A stretch of DNA of 64,000 nt, from NCBI GenBank assembly GCA_965224085.1, contig CBDCYI010000005.1:224001-288000 (forward strand), given 5' to 3'. Positions within the stretch are counted from its first letter, which is position 1. Each line of letters opens with the position of its first letter. Shown in pieces: positions 21,139-30,272 of the stretch. The translations under genes and the position numbers were made by a program. Origin of the DNA: Candidatus Marinacidobacterales bacterium (GTDB taxonomy: Bacteria; Acidobacteriota; Vicinamibacteria; Marinacidobacterales; SMYC01). The notes beneath the pieces are model-generated. The model saw only the letters and a list, made by a program, of their open reading frames with translations, did no database searches and was not told the DNA's origin.

Positions 21139-22319
21139 CAGGCGTTGGCCCGGGCCCGGGCCATAAAGCTGCCTATCCTTTCAACTACATAACTCACGTC
21201 ATCCTCGCTCATCTGCGGGTAGATCGGGAGCGACACGATCTGCTGGGCCAGGCGTTCAGCGACGGGGTTCTGACCTACCTTCGCGCTGTAGCGTTCACGG
21301 TAGACGCGGTCCAGGTGGATCGGTGTGGGGTAGTGCACCGAGGACTGGATACCCTGCTCCGCGAGGAATCGGCGGAGCTCATCACGATTTGGAGCGCGAA
21401 TCTCGAAGCGGACGTAGGAGTGGTAGGCGTATGCACGTTCGACCGGCAGGCCAATAGGAACGTCCAGCTGATTCAGCAGCGTACAGTATTGCGCGGCTCT
21501 CGCTCTTCGCGTCTCGATCCAAGCTGGAAGAAGGCGGAGCTGCACACGTGCGATGGCAGACAAGATTTCTGACTGCCTGTACATGTAGCCAACTTCATCG
21601 TGCTCCTGCGAAAGGTAGGCCTTCTCGGCTTTCCTACCTACTTGGAAGGGTTCTCCTCGAGCGTGGTTGGCCAGGTTGAAGACGCGACGGACCTTGGCGG
21701 TATCAAAAGACGCCACGGCCCCCCCCTCGCCTCCGCAGGTCATGGCCTTGTTCTGCACGAAGCTGTAGCAGCCCATGTCGCCGATGGTGCCGACGGCCCT
21801 GCCTCGGTGGCGGGCGGCCACAGCCTGGCAGGCATCCTCGATGACCAGCAGGTCATGTTTTTGGGCAATGGTCATGATGCGGTCCATGTCCGCTGGGTGC
21901 CCGGCCGTGTGCACCGGCATGATGGCGTGCGTGCGCGGGGTAACCGCGGCTTCAACCGCGTCGGGATCGAGATTGTAAGAATCCTCTTCAACATCCACGG
22001 CAACCGGATCGGCACCGACCAACCAGACGCAGTCGGCTACGCTGCTGAAAGTATTGGCCGGGATGATGACTTCGTCGCCAGGCTCTAGCCCGTGCACCAG
22101 CCACGCCAGATGCATGGCAGCCGTACCCGAACTCAAGTTGGCAACCGCCGGACAGCGCGAGTCAGGTCCTTGAATAAACGCGGCAAATTCTTCCTCGAAC
22201 CGCTTGCCCTCGGAGTCACTATCGGGATCTGTCCGGATATAACGGCCGCTCTCTAACACCCGGGCCGCGGCTTCCTTCATCTCCTGAGTGAGGACCGGTC
22301 GAAACGCTACTTGGTGCAT
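21138..22319 (-). CDS. DegT/DnrJ/EryC1/StrS-family aminotransferase
   Basis: SSGTAAMH, PGDEVIIP, IMPVH, IEDACQA, SFVQNKAMTCGGEGG, HYPTPIH, SLPIYP; RBS AAGGAG 6 nt before ATG 22319. Confidence 0.93.
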   Translation of the reverse strand: MHQVAFRPVLTQEMKEAAARVLESGRYIRTDPDSDSEGKRFEEEFAAFIQGPDSRCPAVANLSSGTAAMHLAWLVHGLEPGDEVIIPANTFSSVADCVWLVGADPVAVDVEEDSYNLDPDAVEAAVTPRTHAIMPVHTAGHPADMDRIMTIAQKHDLLVIEDACQAVAARHRGRAVGTIGDMGCYSFVQNKAMTCGGEGGAVASFDTAKVRRVFNLANHARGEPFQVGRKAEKAYLSQEHDEVGYMYRQSEILSAIARVQLRLLPAWIETRRARAAQYCTLLNQLDVPIGLPVERAYAYHSYVRFEIRAPNRDELRRFLAEQGIQSSVHYPTPIHLDRVYRERYSAKVGQNPVAERLAQQIVSLPIYPQMSEDDVSYVVERIGSFMARARANA

Positions 22320-22354
22320 GGCCACTCCTTCAAGTCTTTCACATCCGAATCGAT

Positions 22355-22800
22355 GCTAGGCGGCTGGAGTCTTTAAAAAAAGTCGGGCCGGTTGGGATCC
22401 CGACGTACCAGCAGGGGCGCAAATCGCCGCCGCGACCACCGCCAGCATTCCAGCCAGGCCACCGGCAGCACCCTTGCGCACCGAGAGATGCGATGAAAAA
22501 GATCCTTCCACCCTTCCCAGCACGGTTACGCCGTTAATTGTACCGGATTCACGGATCGATCATGGCGTCGTCGCTTGGGTCAACCAACAGGTTCACAAAC
22601 ACGACGATGAGGGCGAAGATCAACAATGGCGCCTAGGAGGGTGGGGCTTTGACCGATAACCTGCGGGTGATCAAGGCGTACAGAAGCGATCGGCGCTTGT
22701 TGCGGGTGACGGACTTCAGTATAGTCCTGCTAACCCGTTGGTAAATCTTCGCGCCGCGGGGGTCCACCCGTCCACCATCTGAGGTCGTCATCAGCTGCCG
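22355..22800 (-). pseudogene. Collapsed remnants of a peptide ABC transporter operon
   Basis: Minus strand 22578-22625 reads LIFALIVVFVNLLVD, then AMIDP*IRYN* (DppB-type C-terminus). Neighbouring pieces resemble a binding-protein C-terminus (AKIYQRVSRTIL) and a DppC N-terminal helix ending LQPP. Confidence 0.6.
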
Positions 22801-22882
22801 TCTCGCGCGCGCGCGTTTCTTTAGGCTTGGGTCTTCCGCCGACGGGTGCGATGGGCGCCTAAGTGGCACCGGAGGAAGGATC

Positions 22883-23713
22883 GTGGCTCGGAAGGTGACA
22901 GTCGGCTGCATGCAGATGGAGATAAAGTTTGGCGACAAAGTGTACAACCTCCGCCACGGGTGCGATTTGATCCGCCGGGCCGCGGCAGGCGGAGCTAGGA
23001 TCATTGCCCTCCCAGAACTGTTCTCTACCGGATATTTTCCCGGTGGAGGCACGGTCAATAACGACTACTTCCAGTGGGCCGAGGCCGTTCCCGGCCCCAG
23101 CACGGACCGGCTCCAGAAGCTGGCCAGTGAGCTCAAGGTCACCATAGTCGCACCCATTTTCGAAGTGGACCCGGTGCACAATACCTTTTACAACGGCGCT
23201 TTTGTCGTTGGCCCTGACGGTGTGGTGGGTAGGTATCGAAAACGGCACATTCCCAGCACCCCCAACGGACTAGAGAAGCACTACTTCTCGGTGGGCAACC
23301 TGGGATACCCGGTTTTTGAGACGCCTCAGGCGCGGATCGGCGTATCCATCTGCTACGACCGTCACTTTCCCGAGACCTTCCGCCACCTCGCCTTGGGTGG
23401 AGCTGAAGTGGTGTTCAGCGTTAACAGCACCTCGTCTTCGCGGAGCAAAAAGATGTGGGCTCCCGAGATTCAGGTAGCCTGCTCGTCCAACGGCATTTTC
23501 ATCTTGCAGGTCAACGCCGCGGGAGAAACGGCGGGCTATTTCGGACAATCCTTCGCCTGTAGCCCCTTTGGCGAGGTACTCGCGCAGCTCCCCGAAGATA
23601 AGGAAGGCGTGCTTGTCCAGGAAATAGATCTAGAGGAGATTTCGCGAGCGAGACTGCAATACAGCTCGATCAGAGACACCAACTGGTCGGACTTGGGTTT
23701 GAGCGAGAGTTAA
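22883..23713 (+). CDS. Carbon-nitrogen hydrolase (nitrilase superfamily; beta-ureidopropionase/N-carbamoylase-like)
   Basis: Glu-Lys-Cys triad motifs LPELF, YRKRHIP, ICYDRHFPE; RBS GGAGGAAGG. Confidence 0.92.
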   Translation: MARKVTVGCMQMEIKFGDKVYNLRHGCDLIRRAAAGGARIIALPELFSTGYFPGGGTVNNDYFQWAEAVPGPSTDRLQKLASELKVTIVAPIFEVDPVHNTFYNGAFVVGPDGVVGRYRKRHIPSTPNGLEKHYFSVGNLGYPVFETPQARIGVSICYDRHFPETFRHLALGGAEVVFSVNSTSSSRSKKMWAPEIQVACSSNGIFILQVNAAGETAGYFGQSFACSPFGEVLAQLPEDKEGVLVQEIDLEEISRARLQYSSIRDTNWSDLGLSES

Positions 23714-23722
23714 AGCGGGTAA

Positions 23723-25762
23723 GTGATGGCGAAGCAAAATTTTTACGTCGAGGTCGGGGGCACCTTTACGGATTGGGTGCTGGTAGAAAATGATCGTGTG
23801 ACGAAAACGGGTAAGGTCCTGTCAACCCCTGATAAACCCGCCAAGGGGGTGATGAACTCTGTGAAGGATGGGCTCGCCACTCTGGAAGGGGTGTCCGCGG
23901 TTGTTCACGGCTCTACCGTGGCGACCAATGCCGTGCTCGAGCGCAAGGGCGCGGTAACGGGACTCCTGACCACTAAGGGGTTCCGAGACGTTCTACAAAT
24001 TCAAAGACAGTCGAAAACGCGCCTCTTCGACCTTTTTTACCGACAACCCGAACCCTTGGTGCTTCGCGATCGCATTATCGAGGTTTCCGAGCGCATGGGG
24101 CCTCACGGAGAGGTGCGGCAACAGCTGGCGCTCGATGGTTTGACGGATCAGCTCTACCAGCTCGTTGAGGAGGGTGGCACAGAATCCGTGGCGGTTTGCC
24201 TCCTCCACAGCTACGCCAATCCCGAGCACGAGCTCCAACTGGCCCGTTATCTTGAGGATCACTTTCCTCGCCTCTACGTCACCCTCTCCTCAGAGGTGTT
24301 GCCACGCTTCCGCGAGTACGAACGCATGAGTACCTGTACGATCAGCGCTTACGTCAAGCCGCGGGTAGATCGATACGTGGCGAATCTCGAACACTCGTTA
24401 CACCAAGCTGGTTTTACTGGCCACCTGTCGATCGTCCAGGCCAACGGTGGCACCATACCTGCCTCCGAAGCCCGGCGACACGCGGCCAAGATGATCTTGT
24501 CAGGCCCGGCAGCCGGCGTTATCGGGGCTATCGCCTTTGCCCGGGCCAGCGGCTTCAGAAACCTCTTGACCTTTGATATGGGCGGGACCAGTACGGATGT
24601 CTGCCTTGTCACAGAGGGCCAAATAGAGATGTCTACCGAGTACAAGATCGGCGGGCTTCCCCTGGGCATCCCCATGATCGATATTGTAACGGTCGGTGCC
24701 GGTGGCGGGAGTATGGCCACGGTCGATAGCGGTGGCGCCTTGAGAGTCGGGCCAGAAAGCGCCGGGGCGGATCCGGGGCCGGCTTGTTATGGTAAGGGGG
24801 GGCGTCACTTCACCGTAACCGACGCGAATGTGATCCTCGGGCTGCTAAACCCCGCAACCTTTTACGGCGGCCGCATGCCGCTCTCGACGGAGGCTGCCTT
24901 GAGTGCTCTTGACCCCCTGGTCGAGCACCTCGGTTCGACTCGTGAGCAGGTAGCTGACGGCGTCGTCCGTCTGGCCAACGCGACCATGGCCCAAGCCATG
25001 CGGTTGGTGTCTGTCGAGCGAGGTCACGATCCGCGTGACTATACGATCGTCGCCTACGGTGGCGCGGGCCCGCTGCATGCCGTGGCGCTGGCTGAGGAAC
25101 TGGCCATCAGCAACGTACTAATCCCTTACAATCCCGGCCTGTTGTCGGCCTACGGGCTGACGCTGGCGGATGTCAGGCAGGATTATCTCCGCTCTCATAT
25201 CGTAGCGTTGAAGCGCCTCGGACCCGAAACCTTTTACCGGCTCTTCGAGGAGCTGCGCGAGCGGGCACGGCAGGAGTTCAGCAGGTATGGCCTTGGCTGG
25301 GAGAAGGTCGAGGTGAGCTATTCACTCGACATGAGATATGAGGGACAGGCCTACGAACTGATCATTGACGTCGACGACCTGGTTGTTAAGACCTTCAGTT
25401 CGCGCGAGCTCATCGCTCGCTTCAAAAAAACTCACCACTTCCGCTACGGACATACCCCGAGTGGCGACGAGGTAGAGATCGTCAATTTTCGTTTGACTGC
25501 AAGGCACCCGAGCGGGACGCCTCTCTTCGAAGATGAGGCCGCGACGCCGCGAGGGGAGGTCCAGTTCGCGGATAGAGACACCCTCGTCGTCGGGGTCAGC
25601 ACGCTTTGCCGGTTTTACCAGCGGCCGAGCTTGCCGGCCGGCTACACCTTGGCCGGTCCGGCAGTGATTGAGGAGGCCACGGCGACCACCTACCTACCAA
25701 AGGGTTGGCAGGCACGCGTTGACGACGTTCTAAACCTGGTGCTAAGCCAGGATGGGAGTTAG
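23723..25762 (+). CDS. Hydantoinase A / oxoprolinase N-terminal subunit
   Basis: EVGGTFTD, HGSTVATNA, SGPAAG, DMGGTSTD, GAGGGS, SAGADPGPACY, YGGAGPLH. Confidence 0.95.
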   Translation: MMAKQNFYVEVGGTFTDWVLVENDRVTKTGKVLSTPDKPAKGVMNSVKDGLATLEGVSAVVHGSTVATNAVLERKGAVTGLLTTKGFRDVLQIQRQSKTRLFDLFYRQPEPLVLRDRIIEVSERMGPHGEVRQQLALDGLTDQLYQLVEEGGTESVAVCLLHSYANPEHELQLARYLEDHFPRLYVTLSSEVLPRFREYERMSTCTISAYVKPRVDRYVANLEHSLHQAGFTGHLSIVQANGGTIPASEARRHAAKMILSGPAAGVIGAIAFARASGFRNLLTFDMGGTSTDVCLVTEGQIEMSTEYKIGGLPLGIPMIDIVTVGAGGGSMATVDSGGALRVGPESAGADPGPACYGKGGRHFTVTDANVILGLLNPATFYGGRMPLSTEAALSALDPLVEHLGSTREQVADGVVRLANATMAQAMRLVSVERGHDPRDYTIVAYGGAGPLHAVALAEELAISNVLIPYNPGLLSAYGLTLADVRQDYLRSHIVALKRLGPETFYRLFEELRERARQEFSRYGLGWEKVEVSYSLDMRYEGQAYELIIDVDDLVVKTFSSRELIARFKKTHHFRYGHTPSGDEVEIVNFRLTARHPSGTPLFEDEAATPRGEVQFADRDTLVVGVSTLCRFYQRPSLPAGYTLAGPAVIEEATATTYLPKGWQARVDDVLNLVLSQDGS

Positions 25763-25768
25763 TGAGCG

Positions 25769-27433
25769 ATGGATCCCGTAACTCGCAGCGTTATTGGCTA
25801 CGCCATGAACGCTATCGCCAAAGAGATGGGCGTGAACCTCTACCAGGCGGCCCACTCCACCATCGTTCGGGAAATCCGTGACATCGGTACGGCCATCTTC
25901 GACGCCGAAGGCCAGACCGTGGCGATGGCTCACTGGATTCCCATGCTTTCCAATGCCCTGGAGCCGGGCATGCAGGCCGCCATGCGGCACTATGACATCA
26001 GAGCCCTGCAACCCGGCGAAGCACTGTTGACGAACGACCCTTTCGATGGTGGGCAGCACGTGAACGACATTCTCCTATTCACGCCCATCCACTTCGCCGG
26101 CCGAGTCATCGCCTATGCCTGTGCCAGCGCTCATCACCTTGATGTAGGCGGTGCGGCACCCGCCTCCTACGCCGGAGCCACCGACGTATATCAAGAAGGT
26201 ATTGTGTTCCCCCCGATAAAAGTCGATCTGGGAGGGAACTGGACGGAAAGCGTCTTCGGCAAGATCTTCCAGGCAAATATACGCGCACCGGACAAGTCCA
26301 TTCCTGACTTTGACGCTCAGATTGCCGCTTGCCGCACCGGCGATAGGCGCATCCTCGCCCTGATCGAGAAATACGGCGTTGACACTATTCAGGATTTCAT
26401 GAAGGAGATCGAGGTGTATTCCGAGCGGGTAACCCGCGCGTCTATTGCCGAGATCAGAGACGGTGACTATCACGGTGAAGCGTACATGGAAGACGACGGG
26501 ACCGGCTCCGGTGGACCTTTCACCATTCGGCTTGCGGTGCGCGTAAGAGGGGACGAGCTGGTGGTGGATTTCAGTGGCACCGACCCTGAGGCCTCCGGTT
26601 TCATCAACATCCCCCTGGCATCCACCTACTCGACGGTTCGCACGACGATCATATCCATCCTTGGCATCGAGCTTCGCCACGTCAGCGCCGGAGCCTTCCG
26701 GCCCATCAGGCTCGAGACACCTCTGGGAACCCTGGTGAATCCCAGACGTCCGGCTGCCACCCGTGCCCGCACCAGCACATGCTACAGGATTTTCGATGCG
26801 ATCAACCTTGCCCTGGCGCCGGTCTTGCCCCACCAGGTGGCGGCGCCGGGTTTCGATAGCCAGACAGGCGTCTCGTTCGCCTACCGGAGCGAAGAGGGCA
26901 TCGCCATTCTCAGTGAGGCGATAGGCGCCGGTAATGGAGGCATGTACAATCAGGACGGTGCTGACGGTATGATCATGCACCTGACCAACGCCACCAACAC
27001 CCCAGTAGAAGCGGTCGAGATCGAATTTCCCTTTCTAGAAGTGCTTCACTACCGCCTGGTCAAAGACAGTGGCGGTCCTGGCAAGTTCCGGGGGGGGATG
27101 GGCATCGAGCGAGCCTTTCGCACGAGGGCGGGAGGTGTGACCTTCGGCCTTCATTCTGATCGCCATCACCACAGTGCCCCCGGGCTTTTTGGCGGCCACT
27201 CTGGCGCCTCCGGTCAGTGCGCCGTGGTTCGCGAAGGCAAGGAAGAGGTATTGGGATCCAAGGTGCACACCACGCTCAACAAAGGCGATATCCTGACCGT
27301 TCGCACGGGCGGAGGGGCAGGCTATGGCCTACCGGAAGAGCGGGACCCCCAGCGGATCCTCCAGGACCTGCGTGAAGATAGAATCTCTCAGGAAGCCGCT
27401 CTCCTGTATGAGCACTTACCTCGCGAGAGCTAA
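25769..27433 (+). CDS. Hydantoinase B / oxoprolinase C-terminal subunit
   Basis: NDPFDGGQHVND, HHLDVGG, VDFSGT, NTPVEAVE, DSGGPGKFRGG, TGGGAGYG. Confidence 0.95.
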   Translation: MDPVTRSVIGYAMNAIAKEMGVNLYQAAHSTIVREIRDIGTAIFDAEGQTVAMAHWIPMLSNALEPGMQAAMRHYDIRALQPGEALLTNDPFDGGQHVNDILLFTPIHFAGRVIAYACASAHHLDVGGAAPASYAGATDVYQEGIVFPPIKVDLGGNWTESVFGKIFQANIRAPDKSIPDFDAQIAACRTGDRRILALIEKYGVDTIQDFMKEIEVYSERVTRASIAEIRDGDYHGEAYMEDDGTGSGGPFTIRLAVRVRGDELVVDFSGTDPEASGFINIPLASTYSTVRTTIISILGIELRHVSAGAFRPIRLETPLGTLVNPRRPAATRARTSTCYRIFDAINLALAPVLPHQVAAPGFDSQTGVSFAYRSEEGIAILSEAIGAGNGGMYNQDGADGMIMHLTNATNTPVEAVEIEFPFLEVLHYRLVKDSGGPGKFRGGMGIERAFRTRAGGVTFGLHSDRHHHSAPGLFGGHSGASGQCAVVREGKEEVLGSKVHTTLNKGDILTVRTGGGAGYGLPEERDPQRILQDLREDRISQEAALLYEHLPRES

Positions 27434-27462
27434 CCACTACGGCCAGACCGTGAGCTCGGTTA

Positions 27463-27501
27463 ACCATGAAATATTAACATGCGATATTAATATTTCATGG
27501 T
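27463..27501. repeat. Perfect 15-bp AT-rich inverted repeat with 9-nt spacer
   Basis: ACCATGAAATATTAA-catgcgata-TTAATATTTCATGGT, 12 bp outside the left end of the integrase/IS91 element. Confidence 0.85.
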
Positions 27502-27608
27502 AAATAAAACCTCTTGAACTAAGCCGCTCGCGCGGCGGCGGGACCTGCAAGCTCTCCCGAACTGGTGAGCCAAACTGGGGGCATTTTGCCTGCGCCTTTT
27601 TCGCCGCA

Positions 27609-27879
27609 GCCCATCGCCCTTCCAGGGAATCACGGCGCGCAGGTCGTGTCAAGGGTTTCGCGCGCTTCGCGCGCCGCTGGAAATGTTGGATTGGCTGGGG
27701 CAGTGCGGGTTGCACGATTGCTGCGCCGCCCTGGAGGTTGCGCGAGACGCGGTGTTCGGCACGGCCACGAGCGAATTGCTGGAAATGTTGGATTGGCTGG
27801 GGCGCGGTTGCACGATTGTAGCTGCGCCGCCCTGGACACGACCTACGCGCCGTGATGCGAGTCACTATGGGCGATGGGC
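27609..27879. repeat. Long stem-loop in the element leader, with a 144-bp loop insertion containing two ~60-bp direct repeats
   Basis: Outer stem GCCCATCGCCC/GGGCGATGGGC; inner stem ATCACGGCGCGCAGGTCGTGTCAAGGG/CCCTGGACACGACCTACGCGCCGTGAT; repeats at 27676-27735 and 27778-27836. Confidence 0.85.
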
Positions 27880-28157
27880 GGACGGGTGCCTCCGGCAGGG
27901 GCTCCGGACTCCGGGTTTTGCACGGCAAGCCAGCCGCGGTGAACTCACTCGCCTCTAACCCGTTTCCCTTGTTTTTCCGGGCCACGGGAGCCAGAAGGGA
28001 TTAAGGAGGACGGCTTCGCCGTCGTCTTCATTCGTTCGATCTTCGCTCCGGACAACGAGTCCTGCGTTTCTCGGAACCGCTCTCTCACACATGGCATCAT
28101 CCCTGTCCCCCGCGGGCGGCGATGGTCGTCGTCTGCTAAATCACTGGAGGAATAATC

Positions 28158-29018
28158 ATGGGATGCCTTAGCGAAAAAATGCTTGCCGACATGAAACTGA
28201 AGGGGTTCGCACGCTCCACGCAGGAGGAGTATCTGCTGCGAGCGCGCCATTTCGCGGCACATTACATGCGCTCACCCGCCGAGATGGGCGAGCCGGAGAC
28301 CCGCGATTATCTGATTCATCTCGTTAACGAGAAGAAGGCCTCTCCGGCCAGCCACCACATGTACGTCGCCTCTCTCAAGTTTCTCTACGCAACCACACTC
28401 AACCGCCCGGAGGAGGTGGCGAAGATTCCTTGGCCCAAGAAACCTCGAACGTTACCCGATATCTTGAGCGGCGAGGAGGTCGATTGTTTGCTTCACTCCG
28501 TTCACTCCGTCAAACACCGCGCGATTCTCATGAGCGCCTACGGCGCCGGGCTGCGCGTTTCCGAGGTGTGCTGTCTGAAGCACTCCGACATCGACTCCAA
28601 ACGCATGCTCTTGCACATTCGTCACGCCAAGAACTCCAAGGCCCGCTATGTCACGCTCAGCGAACGTTTGTTGAGCTTCCTGCGCTACTACTGGAAAACC
28701 ACTCGCCCTCGCGGAGAGTACTTGTTTCCCGGCCGTAATCCTGGTGCCCACATCTCAGACGATGGCGTTCGCTGGGCTCTTCGTAAGGCCGTGGCTGAGG
28801 CGGGGCTCACCAAACGTATCACTCCTCATTCGCTGCGCCACGGTTTTGCCACACATATGCTCGAACTGGGTGAAGACATTCGTACCGTGCAGCAACTGCT
28901 CGGTCATGCCTCCATCCAGACCACGGCCCGTTACACAAAGGTAACAGCAAAGCACTTGGGGCGCATCAAGAGCCCTCTCGATTTGCTGGGAACGAAGAAG
29001 GGCAAAAAGCTCGGCTAG
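28158..29018 (+). CDS. Tyrosine recombinase (phage integrase family)
   Basis: YGAGLRVSE (R), AKNSKAR (K), HSLRH (HxxR), LLGHAS (H), TTARY (Y); RBS GGAGG. Confidence 0.96.
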   Translation: MGCLSEKMLADMKLKGFARSTQEEYLLRARHFAAHYMRSPAEMGEPETRDYLIHLVNEKKASPASHHMYVASLKFLYATTLNRPEEVAKIPWPKKPRTLPDILSGEEVDCLLHSVHSVKHRAILMSAYGAGLRVSEVCCLKHSDIDSKRMLLHIRHAKNSKARYVTLSERLLSFLRYYWKTTRPRGEYLFPGRNPGAHISDDGVRWALRKAVAEAGLTKRITPHSLRHGFATHMLELGEDIRTVQQLLGHASIQTTARYTKVTAKHLGRIKSPLDLLGTKKGKKLG

Positions 29019-29024
29019 CTCATC

Positions 29025-30272
29025 ATGCAGCCCCATGGGCTGTGTCCTTCCCGCGTCGAGTCACCACCACGGCCACTGCTCGAGATCGCGGAAATCTTCC
29101 GCGAACATGGTCCACGCTTTCGCCAAACCCATGCGCTGACAGCCGAGCAGCGCAAGGTGATGTGGGCTATAGAGAACTGTCGCACGGCGGTGCTAGGTGG
29201 CCATCTCGACGTGTGTAACGCTTGCGGATACGCGGCGCCTTCGTTTAACTCGTGCCGCAATCGGCACTGTCCCAAGTGTCAGAGCCTAGCCCAGGCGAAG
29301 TGGATGGAGCAGCGAGCTCAGAGGATTCTTCCGACTCACTATTTCCACGTCGTTTTCACCCTCCCGCAGCAACTCAAGCCTCTCGCCCGAGACAATCCCA
29401 AGTTCATGTTCAACCTCCTGTTTCGCGCCGCCTCGCGAACTCTATTGGAGTTCGGCCAAAGCCGGCTCGAAGCTCAACTTGCCTTCACCGCCGTACTGCA
29501 CACCTGGACCCGGAAGCTCCTGTTCCATCCACACCTGCATTGCATCGTCTCCGGGGGCGGGCTCAACCACCCTCAGCAGCTGTGGAACGCCGCAAACCCT
29601 CGCTTTCTGTTTCCCGTCAAGGCCATGTCGCGGCTTTTTCGCAGCAAGTTTCTCGATGCCCTTAGGCTCGCTTACGACCAAGATGAGCTTGAGTTGAGCG
29701 CAAACGCTTCCCACCTCAGAAACCCACCTCGCTTCCGGGAGCTGAAAGACAAGCTCTACCGCATCGATTGGGTCGTTTACAGCAAACGACCCTTCGGTGG
29801 CCCAGAGCAGGTTTTCAACTACCTCGGCCGATATACCCACCGGGTCGGCATCTCCAACCGCCGACTCATTCGCATCGACCACTACGGCGTCTGCTTCGCC
29901 ACCAAGAATGGTAATACCGTTACCGTCCCCCCAGAGGAATTTATCCGCCGTTTCCTCCTGCACGTACTGCCGAAAGGTTTCGTCAAGATTCGCCATTTCG
30001 GCTTAATGGCCTCCTCCAATGCGACCACCAAGCTCGTAGTCGCGCGCCAGTTGCTCGATGAGAAAACAAAACCCACGACCGACGCCGACGACGTGCAAGT
30101 CAGCTCGCGTGCCACCGAGGACAAGGACTGGCGCGAGCGGCTCAAGGAGCTCACCGGCATCGACCTCACCATCTGTCCCCGCTGCAAGAAAGGTCGCATG
30201 CTCCGATGCCCTCTCTCCACGAAGCTTCGACGGATCAACCTCCAGATCCGCTCCCCTCCAGATGAGTCATGA
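29025..30272 (+). CDS. IS91-family rolling-circle transposase (Zn-binding + Y2 HUH)
   Basis: CRTAVLGGH, SCRNRHCPKC, YFHVVFTLP, LHTW, HPHLHC (HUH), YLGRYTHR (Y2), RRFLLHVLP.GF.KIRHFG. Confidence 0.96.
   Translation: MQPHGLCPSRVESPPRPLLEIAEIFREHGPRFRQTHALTAEQRKVMWAIENCRTAVLGGHLDVCNACGYAAPSFNSCRNRHCPKCQSLAQAKWMEQRAQRILPTHYFHVVFTLPQQLKPLARDNPKFMFNLLFRAASRTLLEFGQSRLEAQLAFTAVLHTWTRKLLFHPHLHCIVSGGGLNHPQQLWNAANPRFLFPVKAMSRLFRSKFLDALRLAYDQDELELSANASHLRNPPRFRELKDKLYRIDWVVYSKRPFGGPEQVFNYLGRYTHRVGISNRRLIRIDHYGVCFATKNGNTVTVPPEEFIRRFLLHVLPKGFVKIRHFGLMASSNATTKLVVARQLLDEKTKPTTDADDVQVSSRATEDKDWRERLKELTGIDLTICPRCKKGRMLRCPLSTKLRRINLQIRSPPDES

Noticed and set aside
20017-21192. 391-aa plus-strand ORF
   Set aside because: Antisense shadow of the aminotransferase.
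27676-27836. CRISPR array
   Set aside because: Only two imperfect ~60-bp repeats, longer than typical CRISPR repeats, with no cas genes in the window; kept as an element-internal insert.
27437-28262. ORFs in the element leader (MARKNKGN..., MCREMARS..., also at 43195 and 53271)
   Set aside because: Frames and lengths differ between copies and composition is low-complexity; the region is better explained as structured non-coding DNA.
28158-29018. Integron integrase with cassette array
   Set aside because: Only 286 aa with no visible IntI-specific insertion, and no series of attC-flanked small ORFs nearby.
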